This document shows positions 23,400 to 38,272 of a DNA stretch of 64,000 bases, piece after piece. How positions within the stretch are numbered: the first letter of the stretch is position 1; each line of letters begins with the position of its first letter. The position numbers were made by a program, and so were the translations under genes. This stretch comes from Octopus sinensis (lineage: Eukaryota), in the NCBI RefSeq assembly GCF_006345805.1, contig NC_042997.1, forward strand, positions 150,040,001-150,104,000. The letters run 5' to 3'. The notes beneath the pieces were generated by a model. The model was not told the origin of the DNA. It saw only the letters and a list, made by a program, of their open reading frames with translations, and made no database searches.

Positions 23400-23852
23400 G
23401 ACGAGCAACTTCCTTGGACAAGTTTCGTCTACAGCCCCAGGCCGACCAATGCCTAGTGACTGAATTTGGTAGACAGAAACTATGTAGAAACGCGTCGTCA
23501 CTTACTCACTCACTCACTCTCTCACTCACTCACTCACTCTCTCTCTCTCTTTCCACACATACACATATATAGATAGATAGAAAAATAGATAGAGTGAGAT
23601 AGTGAGAGAGTGAGAGAGAAAGAGGCATTATGATCGCCGTGTGTATTTTGTGCTTGTTCTACCCACTGCTCGAGAATCGGCATTGGTTTGTTTACGTACC
23701 GTAACTTTGCGGTTTGGGAAAAAGAGCCGACAGAATATGTAACCGATTTTTTTTTTCTTTTTAATAAGTACTGAGGTTGATTTGTTCAATTAAACCCTTG
23801 AAGGCAGTGCCCCAGCATGGCCATAGTCACATCACCGAAACAAAAGATAAAA
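23400..23852 (+). mobile_element. SINE family A, old diverged copy with central (ACTC)/(GATA)/(GA) array
   Basis: CCTTGGACAAGT...GGCCGACCAATGCC...GGTAGACAGAAACT; 3' GGCAGTGCCCCAGCATGGCC. Confidence 0.72.
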
Positions 23853-25031
23853 GCAGTGCCCATGGTCCGCATATTTATTAGATCATATCTTTTCCTACTT
23901 AGAATAACAACCCACCGTTCATTTCAATCACTGGGAATATTTATGTAAGCAGAAGTTAAAGAAATCGTGACACAAAACTCTATCTAAAAGTTATCAACGA
24001 CTCTATGCCACTCCTCACGATATAAGTTTCTTATAACGGAGCCTCATGAAGAACATATCAGTAATCTATTCATGACCAACGTTATGAGCACTGTAATATT
24101 CTTTGCTGCATTCGTCATACCATATGGTATAGTATGCTACAATATTAGATAATATAACGTGTGTGTATAGCACGCTCCGATATTTTGTTGTGAAACATAT
24201 CACAATACAATATTGTCTTAAAAGTGCATACTGTTAGACATATAGCGTGGTTCTATGTAACGCGTTATGTAAATATCATAGTGTATTATACTGTGACAGA
24301 GATGTCTTTTTTCATATAGTATTTTACAGTAAAGTAATAAATTGATTATATCTATAGTATACCGTATAATATAATACGTTTAATATGGGATAAAAGCAAT
24401 ATAATAACATTATAAATCACCCACACTATAGTATAATACGGACAAATTATTTTCATATTAGCCTAGAGAGATGTTAGTACAAAGGAGCAATAACACAGTA
24501 AATTAGTGGAATATGACAATGGATACGATATTATTATAGTAAATATTTAGTAGAAGAAAATGATAGACTAGCATCCCTGTACTATAGATGCAACATATTA
24601 TTGCAAAAGCTAAATAATGGATAGTTTATGTTCATAGTTATACGCACAATATGGCTGGATGGTTATGAAGTTCCATTCGCAAACACGCGGATCGGGTTCG
24701 ATTCTGCTGTTTAGCGTCGTGGGTAAATGTCATCTTCAATAGCCACATGTTGACCCATAACTTACAGGTGAAACAAAATAGGCAAAAACAATATAGAAGC
24801 TTGTCGGGTGGAATGCACCAATAATTCAAAACGTTCAACCTAAAAAGTACGCTAAGGCTACGTATATCTGCAGAATGCTCAACACCGACAGATTATTCAG
24901 GAGCAGACAAATGTAGTTGATTGGACAAATGAATGATCGTCATCGAGCGACCGAGATCCACTACCGCCATAGGACATATTATGAAATTATAATATGATAC
25001 CGGTTTATAAAGCATGGCCAAAATATATCCT

Positions 25032-25442
25032 TATTCCTTTATTGCCCAAAAGGAGCTAAACATAGAGGAGACAAACAAGGACAGACAAACGGATTAAGTC
25101 GATTACATCGACCCCAGTGCGTAACTGGTACTTAATTTATCGACCCCGAACGGATGAAAGGCAAAGTCGACCTCGGCGAAATTTGAACTCAGAACGTAAC
25201 GACAGACGAAATACCTTTATCTTTACTATCCACAAGGGGCTAAACACAGAGAGGACAAACAAGGACAGACAAACGGATTAAGTCGATTATATCGACCCCA
25301 GTGCGTAACTGGTACTTATTTAATCGACCCCGAAAAGATGAAAGGCAAAGTCGACCTCGGCGGAATTTGAACTCAGAACGTAGCGGCAGGCGAAATACCG
25401 CTAAGCATTTCGCCGGCGTACTAACGTTTTGCCAGCTCACCG

Positions 25443-25444
<2 letters not shown>
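25032..25444 (-). mobile_element. SINE family B, one head plus two tandem body units
   Basis: Head 25400-25444; units 25216-25399 and about 25032-25215, with the same junction as at 18037. Confidence 0.92.
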
Positions 25445-25535
<91 letters not shown>

Positions 25536-25960
25536 ATATATATATATATATATATATTATAGTTATTATATACCTATAATATATATATTCATATAATCCT
25601 ATACATCAATATTGTATATCACGTAAAAATTTTTCAAAAATTCTTTAGAAATTTTAATTCGGTTTAAGCTTGAAAGAATTATATGTATATATATATAATA
25701 TATATATTCCTATACATCAATATGTAATATCGCAAAATTATTTTTCAAAATTTTTTTAGAAATTTTAATTCGGTTTAAGCTTGAAAGAATTTTATATGTA
25801 ATATATATATATATATATATATATACGATAGAGAGTGTTGAAACACCTATAAGAGATAAACTTTTCTATCATCTTCTGTCTTAATGACAGTTATAGGTTT
25901 CTCTTTTGGTAATACATTGCTAAACAGCTACCTAATAAATAAAGAAATATACATATATAT

Positions 25961-26385
25961 AGGCGCAGGAGTGGCTGTGTGGTAAGTAGCTTGCTAACCA
26001 ACCACATGGTTCTGGGTTCAGTCCCATTGCGTGGAATCTTGGGCAAGTGTCTTCTGCTATAGCCCCGGGCCGACCAATTGCCTCGTGAGTGGATTTGGTA
26101 GACGGAAACTTAAAGAAGCCTGTAGTATATATGTATATATATATATATATAAATGTGTGTGTGTATATGCTTGTGTGTCTGTGTTTGTGCCCCTAGCATT
26201 GCTTGACAACCGATGCTGTTGTGTTTACGTCCCCGTCACTTAGCGGTTCGGCAAAAGAGACCGATAGAATAAGTACTGGGCTTACAAAGAATAAGTCCCG
26301 GTGTCGATTTGCTCGACTAAAGGCGGTGCTCCAGCATGGCCGCAGTCAAATGACTGAAACAAGTAAAAGAGTAAAAAGAGAGTAA
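25961..26385 (+). mobile_element. SINE family A, full length
   Basis: All modules intact; tail GGCGGTGCTCCAGCATGGCCGCAGTCAAATGACTGAAAC followed by GTAAAAGA-type repeats. Confidence 0.92.
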
Positions 26386-27031
26386 TATATATATGTAATG
26401 TTAGTTGCATCTGTTGTTCTTGATATTCGGTATTCCTAATCAGCTTTGTTGAACCAGACCTATAATGGTATGAAAAGCATACCTGCCGTGGCTATAATTT
26501 CGAAACACTTTAAGTACATATAGTATATCTAAGAGGACATTATGCTACGAATCATTTTCAATACGGTTTGATGATATGATTGAGGAGTGATTTGGCTGTT
26601 ATTTCTAGCATGTTAATGAACCACATAAGATTTCGCAAAATCATGTGGAATAATATGCTATATTATGCTGTAATGTGACTTTTTTCAATTTATTTCTGTG
26701 CATTCACGGATATATATATCGATGTATAAATGCGTATGCGTCGATATCAGTGTATACGTATACATATGTGTGTGTGTGTATGTGCATAACGTTTGCATGT
26801 ATGTAAGCATACAATTACAATTGCGTACGTACATATATATATGTACATGTCGAACATGTGCATATGCACTTGCTTTTGTATGTGTTCACACACACACGCT
26901 CACACATTGAAGCTCCGACGAAGTAATGGCGTAATATACAAGCATTCAACCATGACTGCATTACATCTGATAGCAGAAACAGCTGCAAGCCATAATTTCT
27001 TATTCTCTTGTCATTTAGTTAACTTCATATA

Positions 27032-27328
27032 TTCTTTTACTCTTTTACTTGTTTCAGTCATTTGACTGTAGCCATGCTGGAGCACCGCCTTTAGTCGAAC
27101 AAATCGACCCCAGGACTTATTCTTTGTAAGCATAGTACTTATTCTATCGGTTTCTTTTGCCGAACCGCTAAGTTACGGGAACGTAAACACACCAGCATCG
27201 GTTGTCAAGCGATGTTGGGGTGGGGCCAAACACAGACGCACATACATACATACATACGCACACACCTATATATATGTAGAGGTAGGTACGTACATATATG
27301 TTTATATAATGCATATGTTTTATTTCAT

Positions 27329-27383
<55 letters not shown>

Positions 27384-27555
27384 AATACATACATATATAG
27401 ACGGGCTTCTTTCAGTTTCCACTCACAAAATCCACTCACAAGGTTGGTCGGCCCGAGGCTATAGTAGAAGACACTTGCCCAAGGTGCCGCGCAGTGGGAC
27501 TGAACCCGGAACCATGTGGTTCGTAAACAAGATACTTACCTCACAGTCACTCCTA
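27032..27555 (-). mobile_element. SINE family A, full length with expanded central microsatellite
   Basis: Reverse complement matches 25961-26385; central TA/CA array enlarged. Confidence 0.9.
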
Positions 27556-27641
27556 CACACAGACACACACACGCACGCACACACACACACACACACACAC
27601 ATATATTTATATATATACACACACACGCACATAACTGGATT

Positions 27642-27785
27642 CTTACAGATTCCGACTACCAAATCCACTCACAAGGCTTTGATTGGCCCGAGACTATAGT
27701 AGAAGTTACTTGCCCAAGTTACCACGCAGTGGGATTGAACCTGTAACCGTTTGATTGGGAAGCAAGCTTCTTACTACACATCCAT
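27642..27785 (-). mobile_element. SINE family A, 5' module only
   Basis: CTACCAAATCCACTCACAAGG...ACTTGCCCAAG...CAGTGGGATTGAACC. Confidence 0.8.
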
Positions 27786-27962
27786 GTGTGTATATATACA
27801 TGTGTGTATATATATATATGTGTGTGTGTATATATATATATATACACACACACATATATATACACAAACACACACATATATATATACATTCACATACATA
27901 CATTTCCCTTTTTCCATCTATCTATATGTACATACACTTGCTTGTATACATATTTGTGTGTT

Positions 27963-27996
<34 letters not shown>

Positions 27997-28254
27997 CGTG
28001 TATGTGTGTGTGTATGTGTGTGTGTGTGTGTGTAAATATGTATGCATATATGTATATTCGGCTGTATGCATATATGCATATACAAATATGTACATAAGAA
28101 TGTGAGCGTGTGTGTCTGTGTGAATGTATGCATGTATGTGTGTATGCCTGAAGAAAACTTCGTTATATACACTGAGATAGAATAGTGGAATATACACCGA
28201 AGTTTGAAGATGATCATGGAGAAACGAGAATAACCAACCAAACAACACGCCAGC

Positions 28255-28760
28255 CAGCATTTTCTGACTGACTGGCTCACTGGTAACTATCTGGGTGCCT
28301 GGGTAGCCGGGTGTTTGGGTGTTGTATAAACTCTCTTACTGGCTTGCTAGCTGGCTCGATGGTGTATGAAAGAGGGTGATGCTGAGGCTGGATGAAGTAA
28401 ATCAAAAGAATAGGGGAAGATAAAAAAAAAAGAAAGATAAAGCTGATAAATAAAGGCTAAAGCGTGCAGTGTTTTTTGGCAGGTTGGTCTGTATGATGTG
28501 TTGGTTTGCTGGTGAGATGGTTGGATGGCTGGCTTGTTGGCTGGCTGGCTGGCTGGTAGTAGGGTTGGTTAGCCTGACTGACTGACTGACTGGCTGGTTT
28601 GTTTGTTGGTCGGTGAAGTTCGTCTGTTCGTTGGCTGGCTGGCTCACGTGGTGCTTGGCTGGCTGATGATTGTTGGCTGTCAGCCTGCCCGCCTGCCCGC
28701 CTGCTCTGCCTGGCTGGTTGGTTTGGCTGCTTGCCTGACTGCCTGTTACTGCCGGTCGTA
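28255..28760. repeat. Degenerate (CTGG/TTGG/CTGA)n tetranucleotide tract
   Basis: Repeated GGCT/GGTT/GACT units, interrupted by an A-rich block. Confidence 0.75.
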
Positions 28761-29710
28761 GTAGAGCAAAAGCAAGCGAGCTAAAAACTAGACAGTGAAA
28801 AGAACTTTAGAGAGGGAAGGAGATCTATATACACATACATAATCTATATATATATATATATATATAATATATATCTATATATATATATATATTAATATAT
28901 GTATATATGTGCATTCTATATTATACATAGCTAACGTATAAATTTTATATTTTTAATATAATTTATAAGTATCGTTGTTGTTATTTTTTCAGTTTACATT
29001 TGAGTACAAATAGAATAGAATTTGAGTTTAAAATTTTTGTATATACTTATATAGCAAAGTTAACATTATCAAAGTTTAAATTGAAAAATCAATCTGTGTA
29101 GACGGAGGCAAAAACAAAAACAAAAAACAACTACAAAAAGCAGAGAAGGGGGGGAATACAACTTCCTCGCCGCCACAAACCAAAAAAAATATATATATAA
29201 AAGAAAAAGATATTAACAACAACAACAACAACAACACATAAACAACCAACAACAAAAGTAAAAACACAAAAAAAAAAAAGGAAAATGTGTGATGTATGAA
29301 TTAGCTGTGATCATGTACCACCATCGGAGTTACGAGCGCGCATTTTAAGCAACAACAAAAAAAAAAATATCTATATATATATATATATGCCTGTATATAC
29401 ATATATGTTTGTGTATATGTATAATACAAAAAGTTTTTTCTGAAAAAAAAAAAAAATAATAATAATATATATATTATAAACACCCACCTTGGATAGATGG
29501 ATGTACCTAACGCTAATGCTGATGTTATTCATCGGAGAACACTGGAGCTGTTTAGTAAAAGAGCAAGTCCGTTCACGAACCCATAGTACATAGAGCTAAT
29601 CAGGTAGGTTGTATAGTACATGTATGTATGTATGTATTGTATTTGTGTGTGTGCGTGTATATATATATATATGTATGTATATATATGTAATATATGTTTG
29701 CGTGTATGTG

Positions 29711-29759
<49 letters not shown>

Positions 29760-29787
29760 CTATATCTATATATATATATATATCTAT

Positions 29788-29818
<31 letters not shown>

Positions 29819-29997
29819 CTAATATTCATTTTTTATTTATTCATTTATTTGTGTATGTATATATGATTTCTATATCGTATATCTGTGTGTTCCTATGCAT
29901 GTACGTATGTACTTGGATGTGTCTGTGTTTATGTAAATGAATGTATATTGACGAGTATATGTTGTATCTAGGGGTATGTTTATATGTGCTTGCATGC

Positions 29998-30032
<35 letters not shown>

Positions 30033-30046
30033 ATATACACACACAC

Positions 30047-30089
<43 letters not shown>

Positions 30090-30093
30090 TATA

Positions 30094-30135
<42 letters not shown>

Positions 30136-30215
30136 TACACATACATGTATATATACATATATCCTTAAATCCTTAAAATGTTTTAGCCTGAAGGCCGCGG
30201 CCATGCTGGGGTATA

Positions 30216-30251
<36 letters not shown>

Positions 30252-31321
30252 TGTATGTATGTATATGGTATTTTTGTGTGTGTGTGCGCGCGTTGTTAAT
30301 GGATGCAACTAACTGTACTATGTAAATATATATAGACATAAAAAGAAAACGATAGGGAAAAACGTGCGCGCGTGTGTGTGTGTTTGTGTGTGTGTATACT
30401 TGTTAAGCTGTGCTTAAAATATAAGTTTATGATGTTTATATACGGTTATGCGTTCTATTATATGTGTGTGTGTATGAGATTTAAAGAATGTTAGCGTATA
30501 GAAATAGAGATGAAAATTGAGAGGATTTTCACAAGTAGTCAAGAAATTAATGAGAAGGAAGAATGTTAAAGGATACGGAGAGGAAAACACAGGAGAAAAA
30601 AAATTTGAGAGATGGCAAAAGAGATGGAGAGAGAGATATAAATGAGCGAAAGACAAAAGTAGAGATTGATGGAGAGAAATGGTAAAAGATACGGAACAAA
30701 GATGCGGCGAAGTTGACAAAGTGGTGGGGGCGAAGAAGCGTGAGAGATGCAAGATTCAGGGAGGTTGTATGTTGTAAAGAAAGGGGTGTGTGTGTGTGTG
30801 TGTGTGAATGAGGATCTAAATATCTATCCCTGGAATCGCATTCAACAACAGAGCCAACAGGAGGAACTTATACGTGGTCACTCTGTTTGCTAGAGACAAC
30901 AGCCTAATCAGTTTCGAAACACGACCTTCTGTCAATAGGAATAGGAAAAACAAATGTGTCAGTGCAGTGTTATACAGAAAAAGGTGAGGTGGTCATGTTT
31001 GGAGCGCCTGTCATGATAGATATTTTTGATTAAAAGTGGACAAGGGACTATATACCACAGCTATTATACTTCACGAAATGATAAAAGTATGAAATATTTA
31101 GTTAGGAAAATCTAAAACATTTCTTAAATTATTTTTATCTCTTCTTCACACACGAATACACACACACACAGATATATTTCTGTGTGTATAAAATACATCT
31201 ATAGTTATATACATATACATATATATATATATACACACACAACCGCGCGTGTATAAATACGGGACACTATATAACATGCGCATCTATATACCCAACACTA
31301 ACATGTGTTAGAGCCATTTAG

Positions 31322-31354
<33 letters not shown>

Positions 31355-31399
31355 ATTTCATATTCGGGTATAAACTCTGTAATAAGCTGTTTTTACACA

Positions 31400-31453
<54 letters not shown>

Positions 31454-31619
31454 GTACACTTACTTACATACACGCCTATGTGTGTGTGTGCAGCATAGAA
31501 CCTTAGAGATACAGTGAAAATGAACATGTGCATTTTAGAGGGCATTTGCAAGTGTTTAACCAAATTCTCGTGTTCTGTTGATGTGGCTTTATACATATGT
31601 ACATATTTACACACACACA

Positions 31620-31665
<46 letters not shown>

Positions 31666-31804
31666 ATATAATACCTACATTTTAAACATTACCCCTTGGA
31701 AGCACTATTAGGCGTTCGAAAAAGAGCAAAACGAATAAGTTAATGCATTGACGATACATCAATAAACACATCAACTAGATACCAATTATTTCAGGGGCGA
31801 TTAT

Positions 31805-31836
<32 letters not shown>

Positions 31837-31919
31837 GTACATATATATATATATATACATATAACATATATACATATATACATATATATATATAACATAT
31901 ATACATATATATACATATA

Positions 31920-31984
<65 letters not shown>

Positions 31985-32063
31985 ATGTATATATGTATAT
32001 GTATATATGTATATGTATATACACACGCGCACAGAGAAACATGTATGCCTGCCTGCATGTATG

Positions 32064-32098
<35 letters not shown>

Positions 32099-32198
32099 AG
32101 GCGTACACCTATAAGCATATATATGTATGTATATATTATATAAATATGTATATGTATATACACACGCGCACAGAGAAACATGTATGCCTGCCTGCATG

Positions 32199-32237
<39 letters not shown>

Positions 32238-34052
32238 TATATATCTATGGAGGCGTACACCTATAAACATATATATGATTACATATATGTACGTATATCT
32301 ATATATATGTATATGTGTGTTTGTATGCATGTATGTTTACTTATGTGTGTGTGTGAATATATATATATATACCACACATATACACACCACACATGCACTT
32401 ATAGATCTGGTATAGGTACAGAAATTTTGTGTGTCCGATATATGTGTGCTGCAAAACTATATAGTTAGGAAGATGTTCGAGCATTGCCATAATATTCACG
32501 AAAGAAAAGAAAATGAACTCACTATACAGGAAGAGTAAATATTTAACTATGGTGGTATAACTGCCGCTTATAACATATTGCTACTCTGAGTTTTGATAAT
32601 GTTTAATTAAGAATTTTGCGACGGATTTTGCTGATAGAACAAGACTTCTTCAGTTCGTTTAATACATTGTTTTCTTTGCTAAAATACACACACACAACAC
32701 ACACACACACTACAGAGGCCTACGTTAGTTATATATGACAGAAAAAGACACACGCCTATATAAAGCTACACACACACACTGACACACACACATAGATGTT
32801 GAAACATATATATAATCCTAGTGAATGTATATATGTATGTATGTAAAGCTGTCTGTATATCTGGAATATATTTATACACATGTAGATTTCGAATCTCACA
32901 TATATCACGATAAATCTTTATATAGAGAAGATTCATTGTACATTACCCTCTAGGCCCAATCTAGCTCGAACTTTTAAGGGTTTCCAAAACTTCATCCTTA
33001 CTCACTAATAGATACATGCATGTATATGCATCTATTCATTGGCACACACACACATATATATACACACACATATATATATACACACTTATACTAATATATC
33101 TGGGTGTATGTTTAAGTAACAAGAGAGTGAGTACTTCTGAGATTGAGCTTATTCGCATGTGCACATGAGTACGGCATGGATGATTGACTGATAAATTCGT
33201 TTAGCGTTCACAAGCTCCCGTGTTCGATACCAACACATGGCATTTTGATCGAATCTTTTTATTCTATGCTCTCAGATTAACCCAAGCACCCTGAGTGAAA
33301 TCGCGTGGACGGATAACTGCAGAAGCCCGTGCAATGACTTGTAGACATAATTTAAAAAGACAAGCCTTGTCATATTGCATCACGATAACTTAGCCTCAAA
33401 ATTATATTAAGGGGACATATGTCTTGGAATGTTCAGTCACTCACATGCTAATTCTATACACAGGTAGCTTAGTTTATTGAACAGCTGAATGCTCATTGTC
33501 GAAATCAGTGGTGATCTATTCATTATAGATCTTATGTACAAAACGTGTGCGCGTGTGATTTTGTGTGTGTATGTATATTTCTGTATATGTATGTGTGTAT
33601 ATGCATGCATGTACACATGTCCTAAATATATGCTCACACATGTATGTATGTACTTATATATGTACATATATATGCATGAATATCTATACACACACATATG
33701 TGCCACTGCATATGCATATGTTTAATACATACACATACATGTATAGGAGCTCATACATACACACATCCACCATGCCCCACGCACATAATTACTATTTGCT
33801 CTGTCTGTCTGTCTCTCTTTCTATATATATATAAAGAGAGAGACAGGGGGACAGAGAGACTACATACTACATACATACATACATTTATATATATATATCT
33901 ATATATATATATATATATATATATCTATATATATATATATATATATCACAATACCTAAATTATGCATGCAGACTTTTAGATGAATGTTAATCTGTTTTCG
34001 TTAGTATTATAAATTTGCTATTTTATATACATACACTACTCTCTCTCTCCCT

Positions 34053-34086
<34 letters not shown>

Positions 34087-34175
34087 CACACGCCCACACA
34101 CACACACATATATACATATATATATAGATGTGTGTATGTATATATACACATGTGTGTGTGTGTGTCTATGTATAG

Positions 34176-34235
34176 ATGGCGGTGCCCCAGCATGCCACAG
34201 CTCAAGAGTGAAACTGGAAAAACAAAAACAAAAAC
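34176..34235 (+). mobile_element. Isolated 3' tail of LINE family 1 (extreme 5' truncation)
   Basis: ATGGCGGTGCCCCAGCATG(-)CCACAGCTCAAGAGTGAAACT matches 886-927 of the LINE rather than the SINE A variant. Confidence 0.7.
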
Positions 34236-34270
34236 AAATATATATCTGTGTGCATGTGTGTGTATGTGCG

Positions 34271-34313
<43 letters not shown>

Positions 34314-34873
34314 ATGTATATGTGTATACATATATATATATGTGTGTGTGTGTGTATGTTGTTGACTATTATATATATATATGTTGTATGTGTATGTATA
34401 TGTGTATACATATATATATATATATGTGTGTGTGTGTATGTATATGTGTATACATATATATATATATATGTGTGTGTGGGTGGGTGTACGTATGTGCAGA
34501 AAGAGTGTGAGACACAGACAAGGCTAATATTGTACATCAGTCTTCAATTCTAAATGTCTACACGCATGCTTAAGTCGACGTTGTTCTTATTCTTCTAATT
34601 ATTTCTTGTCGAGTATGCACGCAAGGTTGCATAGATGCATGCGTGCATGCCTAAGAGTATATGCGAGTGTGGCTTTGTATGAGTGCACACACGCACACAC
34701 ATACACACACACATATTGATAGATAGATAGATAGATATAATGCGTTGTTTTTCATTATGTATCTGAGTTTGTGAGTTAGGAATTGTTCTTTTTCACGTAG
34801 GAGAGTGTGTAGGAAGTACAGCAAATGCTGTTTGCAAAGACAATATGCAATCAAAACAAATATAAACTATGTT

Positions 34874-34907
<34 letters not shown>

Positions 34908-34909
<2 letters not shown>

Positions 34910-35317
34910 CTCTTTTACTTGTTTCAATCATTTGACTACGGCCATGCTGGAGCACCGCCTTTAGTCGAGCAAATCGACCCCGGGACTTATTTGTAAGCCC
35001 AGTACTTATTCTATCGGTCTCTTTTTGCCGATCCGCTAGGTGACGGGGGGGGGGGTAAACACACCAGCATCGGTTGTCAAGCAATGCTAGGGGGGACAAT
35101 CACAGACACACAAACACATACACACACACATATATAAATATATATACATATATACGACAGGCTTTTTTCAGTTTCCGTCTACCAAATCCACTCACAAGGC
35201 TTTGGTCGGCCCGAGGCTATAGTAGAAGACACTTGCCCAAGGTGCCACGCAGTGGGACTGAACCGGAACCATGTGGTTGGTAAACAAGCTACTTACCACA
35301 CAGCCACTCCTTCGCCT
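34908..35317 (-). mobile_element. SINE family A, full length
   Basis: Head, CORE-like segment, central CA/TA array, 3' module and tail all recognisable. Confidence 0.92.
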
Positions 35318-35338
35318 ATATATATGTATATATCTATA

Positions 35339-35410
<72 letters not shown>

Positions 35411-35682
35411 GAAGTTTTGATAGTGTTACATTTTTACATGGTGTTTACACTCGTTTCAAGAACGTGAGAATCATCACACATCCATATATACATGTGTGTG
35501 TGTATGTTATTCTTAAACCAAAATATTATTGAGAGTGATTTCGAAGTTTTGGCATGCTAAGCTATCATCGCACTCTCTCTTCTGTACTTCTCAACAAAAG
35601 TATAGAAAACTCATCAGATTTATCTAAAATTGTTTTATATTACACCTGAGCATAAAAACGAACATTAACATTCTTACACGCG

Positions 35683-35715
<33 letters not shown>

Positions 35716-35826
35716 CACCAATTTATATTATATGATATTATATATATAGTATATATATATACGGATAATATCGATATTTAAATATCGGTATTATCAATGG
35801 ACCAGCATGGGAATAATTTTACACTA

Positions 35827-35936
35827 AAATAAGGGTGTCTGAGAGACACATGGTGCGATATGAACATTTAAGTGGGTTTAGAGTTAGGGATTTGACTGCT
35901 ATTTCGGCATGGTGTGTCTCTCAGACACCCTTATTT
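35827..35936. repeat. 110-bp mini-element with perfect 24-bp inverted termini
   Basis: AAATAAGGGTGTCTGAGAGACACA (35827-35850) and its exact reverse complement (35913-35936). Confidence 0.85.
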
Positions 35937-36709
35937 ATAGTTTTGTATATATATATATATATTATATATATATAGACAGACAGACATGTAAGTTCATACA
36001 CATAATTATTCATGTACAAATTGCACACAGACACACAAACACACATATATATGGTGTACACTCACATATACAAACACGAAAACTAAATCATTGAAATAAG
36101 TTTATATATTGTATGTATTTTCATATATCCCGAGCTAACATGAGACCGGAGAGACACGCTGTATCCCATCATACAATGCTTCATTCGCTGTAGATTTATT
36201 AGGTGGTGGGTGTTCTGGTAACGTCCAATACATTGTACAATAGACAGCTTAACTTTGAGTCTCTTTCATATACACACTGTTATACTCCAACAGAAATACA
36301 ATGACATTACACATATGTATATGCTTTGAATGAACGTGTGTCCGTGCATATAATCTGCATATAATCTAATATTTGTGTGAATCTCAACATATAATATTCC
36401 TGGAACCATTCTGAATGTGTAAGCATTGATGCCTTTCTAAACTCTCACTCTCTCCATATGTATACATAATATATAATGTGTGTGTATAACAATTTAATAT
36501 AATGCACAACAGATCCTACTATTTCTAAAACCGAAACCGAATTGAAGAAATGAAAAGTGCTCCTTTTCCAGATGTCTATCGTTAATGGAAACATTTATTT
36601 TCATATCTATATTTTAATTATTTGATGCTGGGTAAGATTTGTGTATGTATCTATCTATCATGTGTATATATATATATATATAATATACTTACATATATAT
36701 ACTTACACA

Positions 36710-36900
36710 CACAGGAGTGTCTGTGTGGTAAGTAGCTTGCTTACCAACCTCGTGGTTCCGGGTTCAGTTCCACTGCGTGGCACCTTGGGCAAAGTGTCTT
36801 CTACCATAGCCTCAGGCGACCAAAGCCTTGTGTGTCGATTTGTTCGACTAAAGGTGGTGCCCCAGCAAGGCCGCAGTCAAATGACTGAAACAAATAAAAG
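36710..36900 (+). mobile_element. SINE family A with the 5' module fused directly to the tail
   Basis: ...GCGACCAAAGCCTTGTG|TGTCGATTTGTTCGACTAAAGGTGGTGCCCCAGC...; central microsatellite and most of the 3' module deleted. Confidence 0.85.
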
Positions 36901-36932
36901 TATATATATATATATATATATACATATACACA

Positions 36933-36968
<36 letters not shown>

Positions 36969-37103
36969 AAGTATTTCCTCGAATAATACGTTGATCCAAG
37001 TACGTATCCAAAATGACTGGACTGAAAATTACTGACCTGTCAACTAAGGACCAGATGCACCAGCTTGGACTTAACTGCCTAATTAAATCACTCTAAAGAA
37101 CAT

Positions 37104-37189
<86 letters not shown>

Positions 37190-37913
37190 TTATATTAAAA
37201 GTGATAGCTAGTTTTGCTCTCTTGAAATGTATTAAACAACTTTTCTCGTAAAAAATATGTTAATTTCGCTCAGTATTTATACGCTATCATACTTTCTTGT
37301 ATAAACTATATAAACACTTATATGCCATTATATATATATATATATATATAATCTGAAACAGCTGCAAACTAATGAAGTTCATACGATCGCTTATTCCTTT
37401 GTCATCTTATTTTATTATTACTGCTCTGTACTCGACTAACTCATACACACACACACACTATCAACGTGGAAGGGAGAATCTTTAGAAAAATTACAAAATG
37501 ACTAAAAGATGGATAGTGTTTTGTATGGAACTTATCCAATACACCCCCCCTCTCTGCCTCTGTCTCCCTCTGTGTGTGTTTCTGTGTGTACGTGTGTTAA
37601 AGAATGTGTCAGCTTCGGAAAAGATGTTTGGCAATTTGTTAGAATTATTTCATTTCGGTTCGATTCCAAATCCGATTGTGCTACTCATAACTTTATTTTT
37701 GAATTCCTGTTGATAGGTTTTTTGGAAAAAAAAAAAAATCAAATCAAATCGACAACATTAGAAGTACTGTGATCAATTAAAACTTCTTTCCTATATCTTT
37801 GTAAACTTGTGTATATCTAGAACATTATTAATTAGGGCTTATAATCGCATACAAACACACAACTGGAAACAGAAATATATATTCGTCCTGATATACATTC
37901 ACCCTTATGGAAT

Positions 37914-38022
37914 ATTCTTTTCTACTCTAGGCACAAGGCCAGAAATTCTTGGGGAGGGGCAAGTCGATTACATCGACACCAATACGCAACTGGTACTTAA
38001 TTTATCGACTCCAAAAGAATGC
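37914..38022 (-). mobile_element. SINE family B 3' fragment (older tail)
   Basis: TTTCTACTCTAGGCACAAGGCCAGAAATT...CAACTGGTACTTAATTTATCGAC. Confidence 0.78.
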
Positions 38023-38139
38023 AACTCAATTGTATGCTGTGGTATGTGCGTGTGTTTATGTATGTATATGTATATAAATTGCATGTATTTATTACTGTCT
38101 GTATGTACATCAGTTAGTATATGTCTGTGTGTGTGCTTG

Positions 38140-38187
<48 letters not shown>

Positions 38188-38222
38188 TATATATACATAC
38201 ACACACGCACACAGTTTGTGAG

Positions 38223-38272
<50 letters not shown>

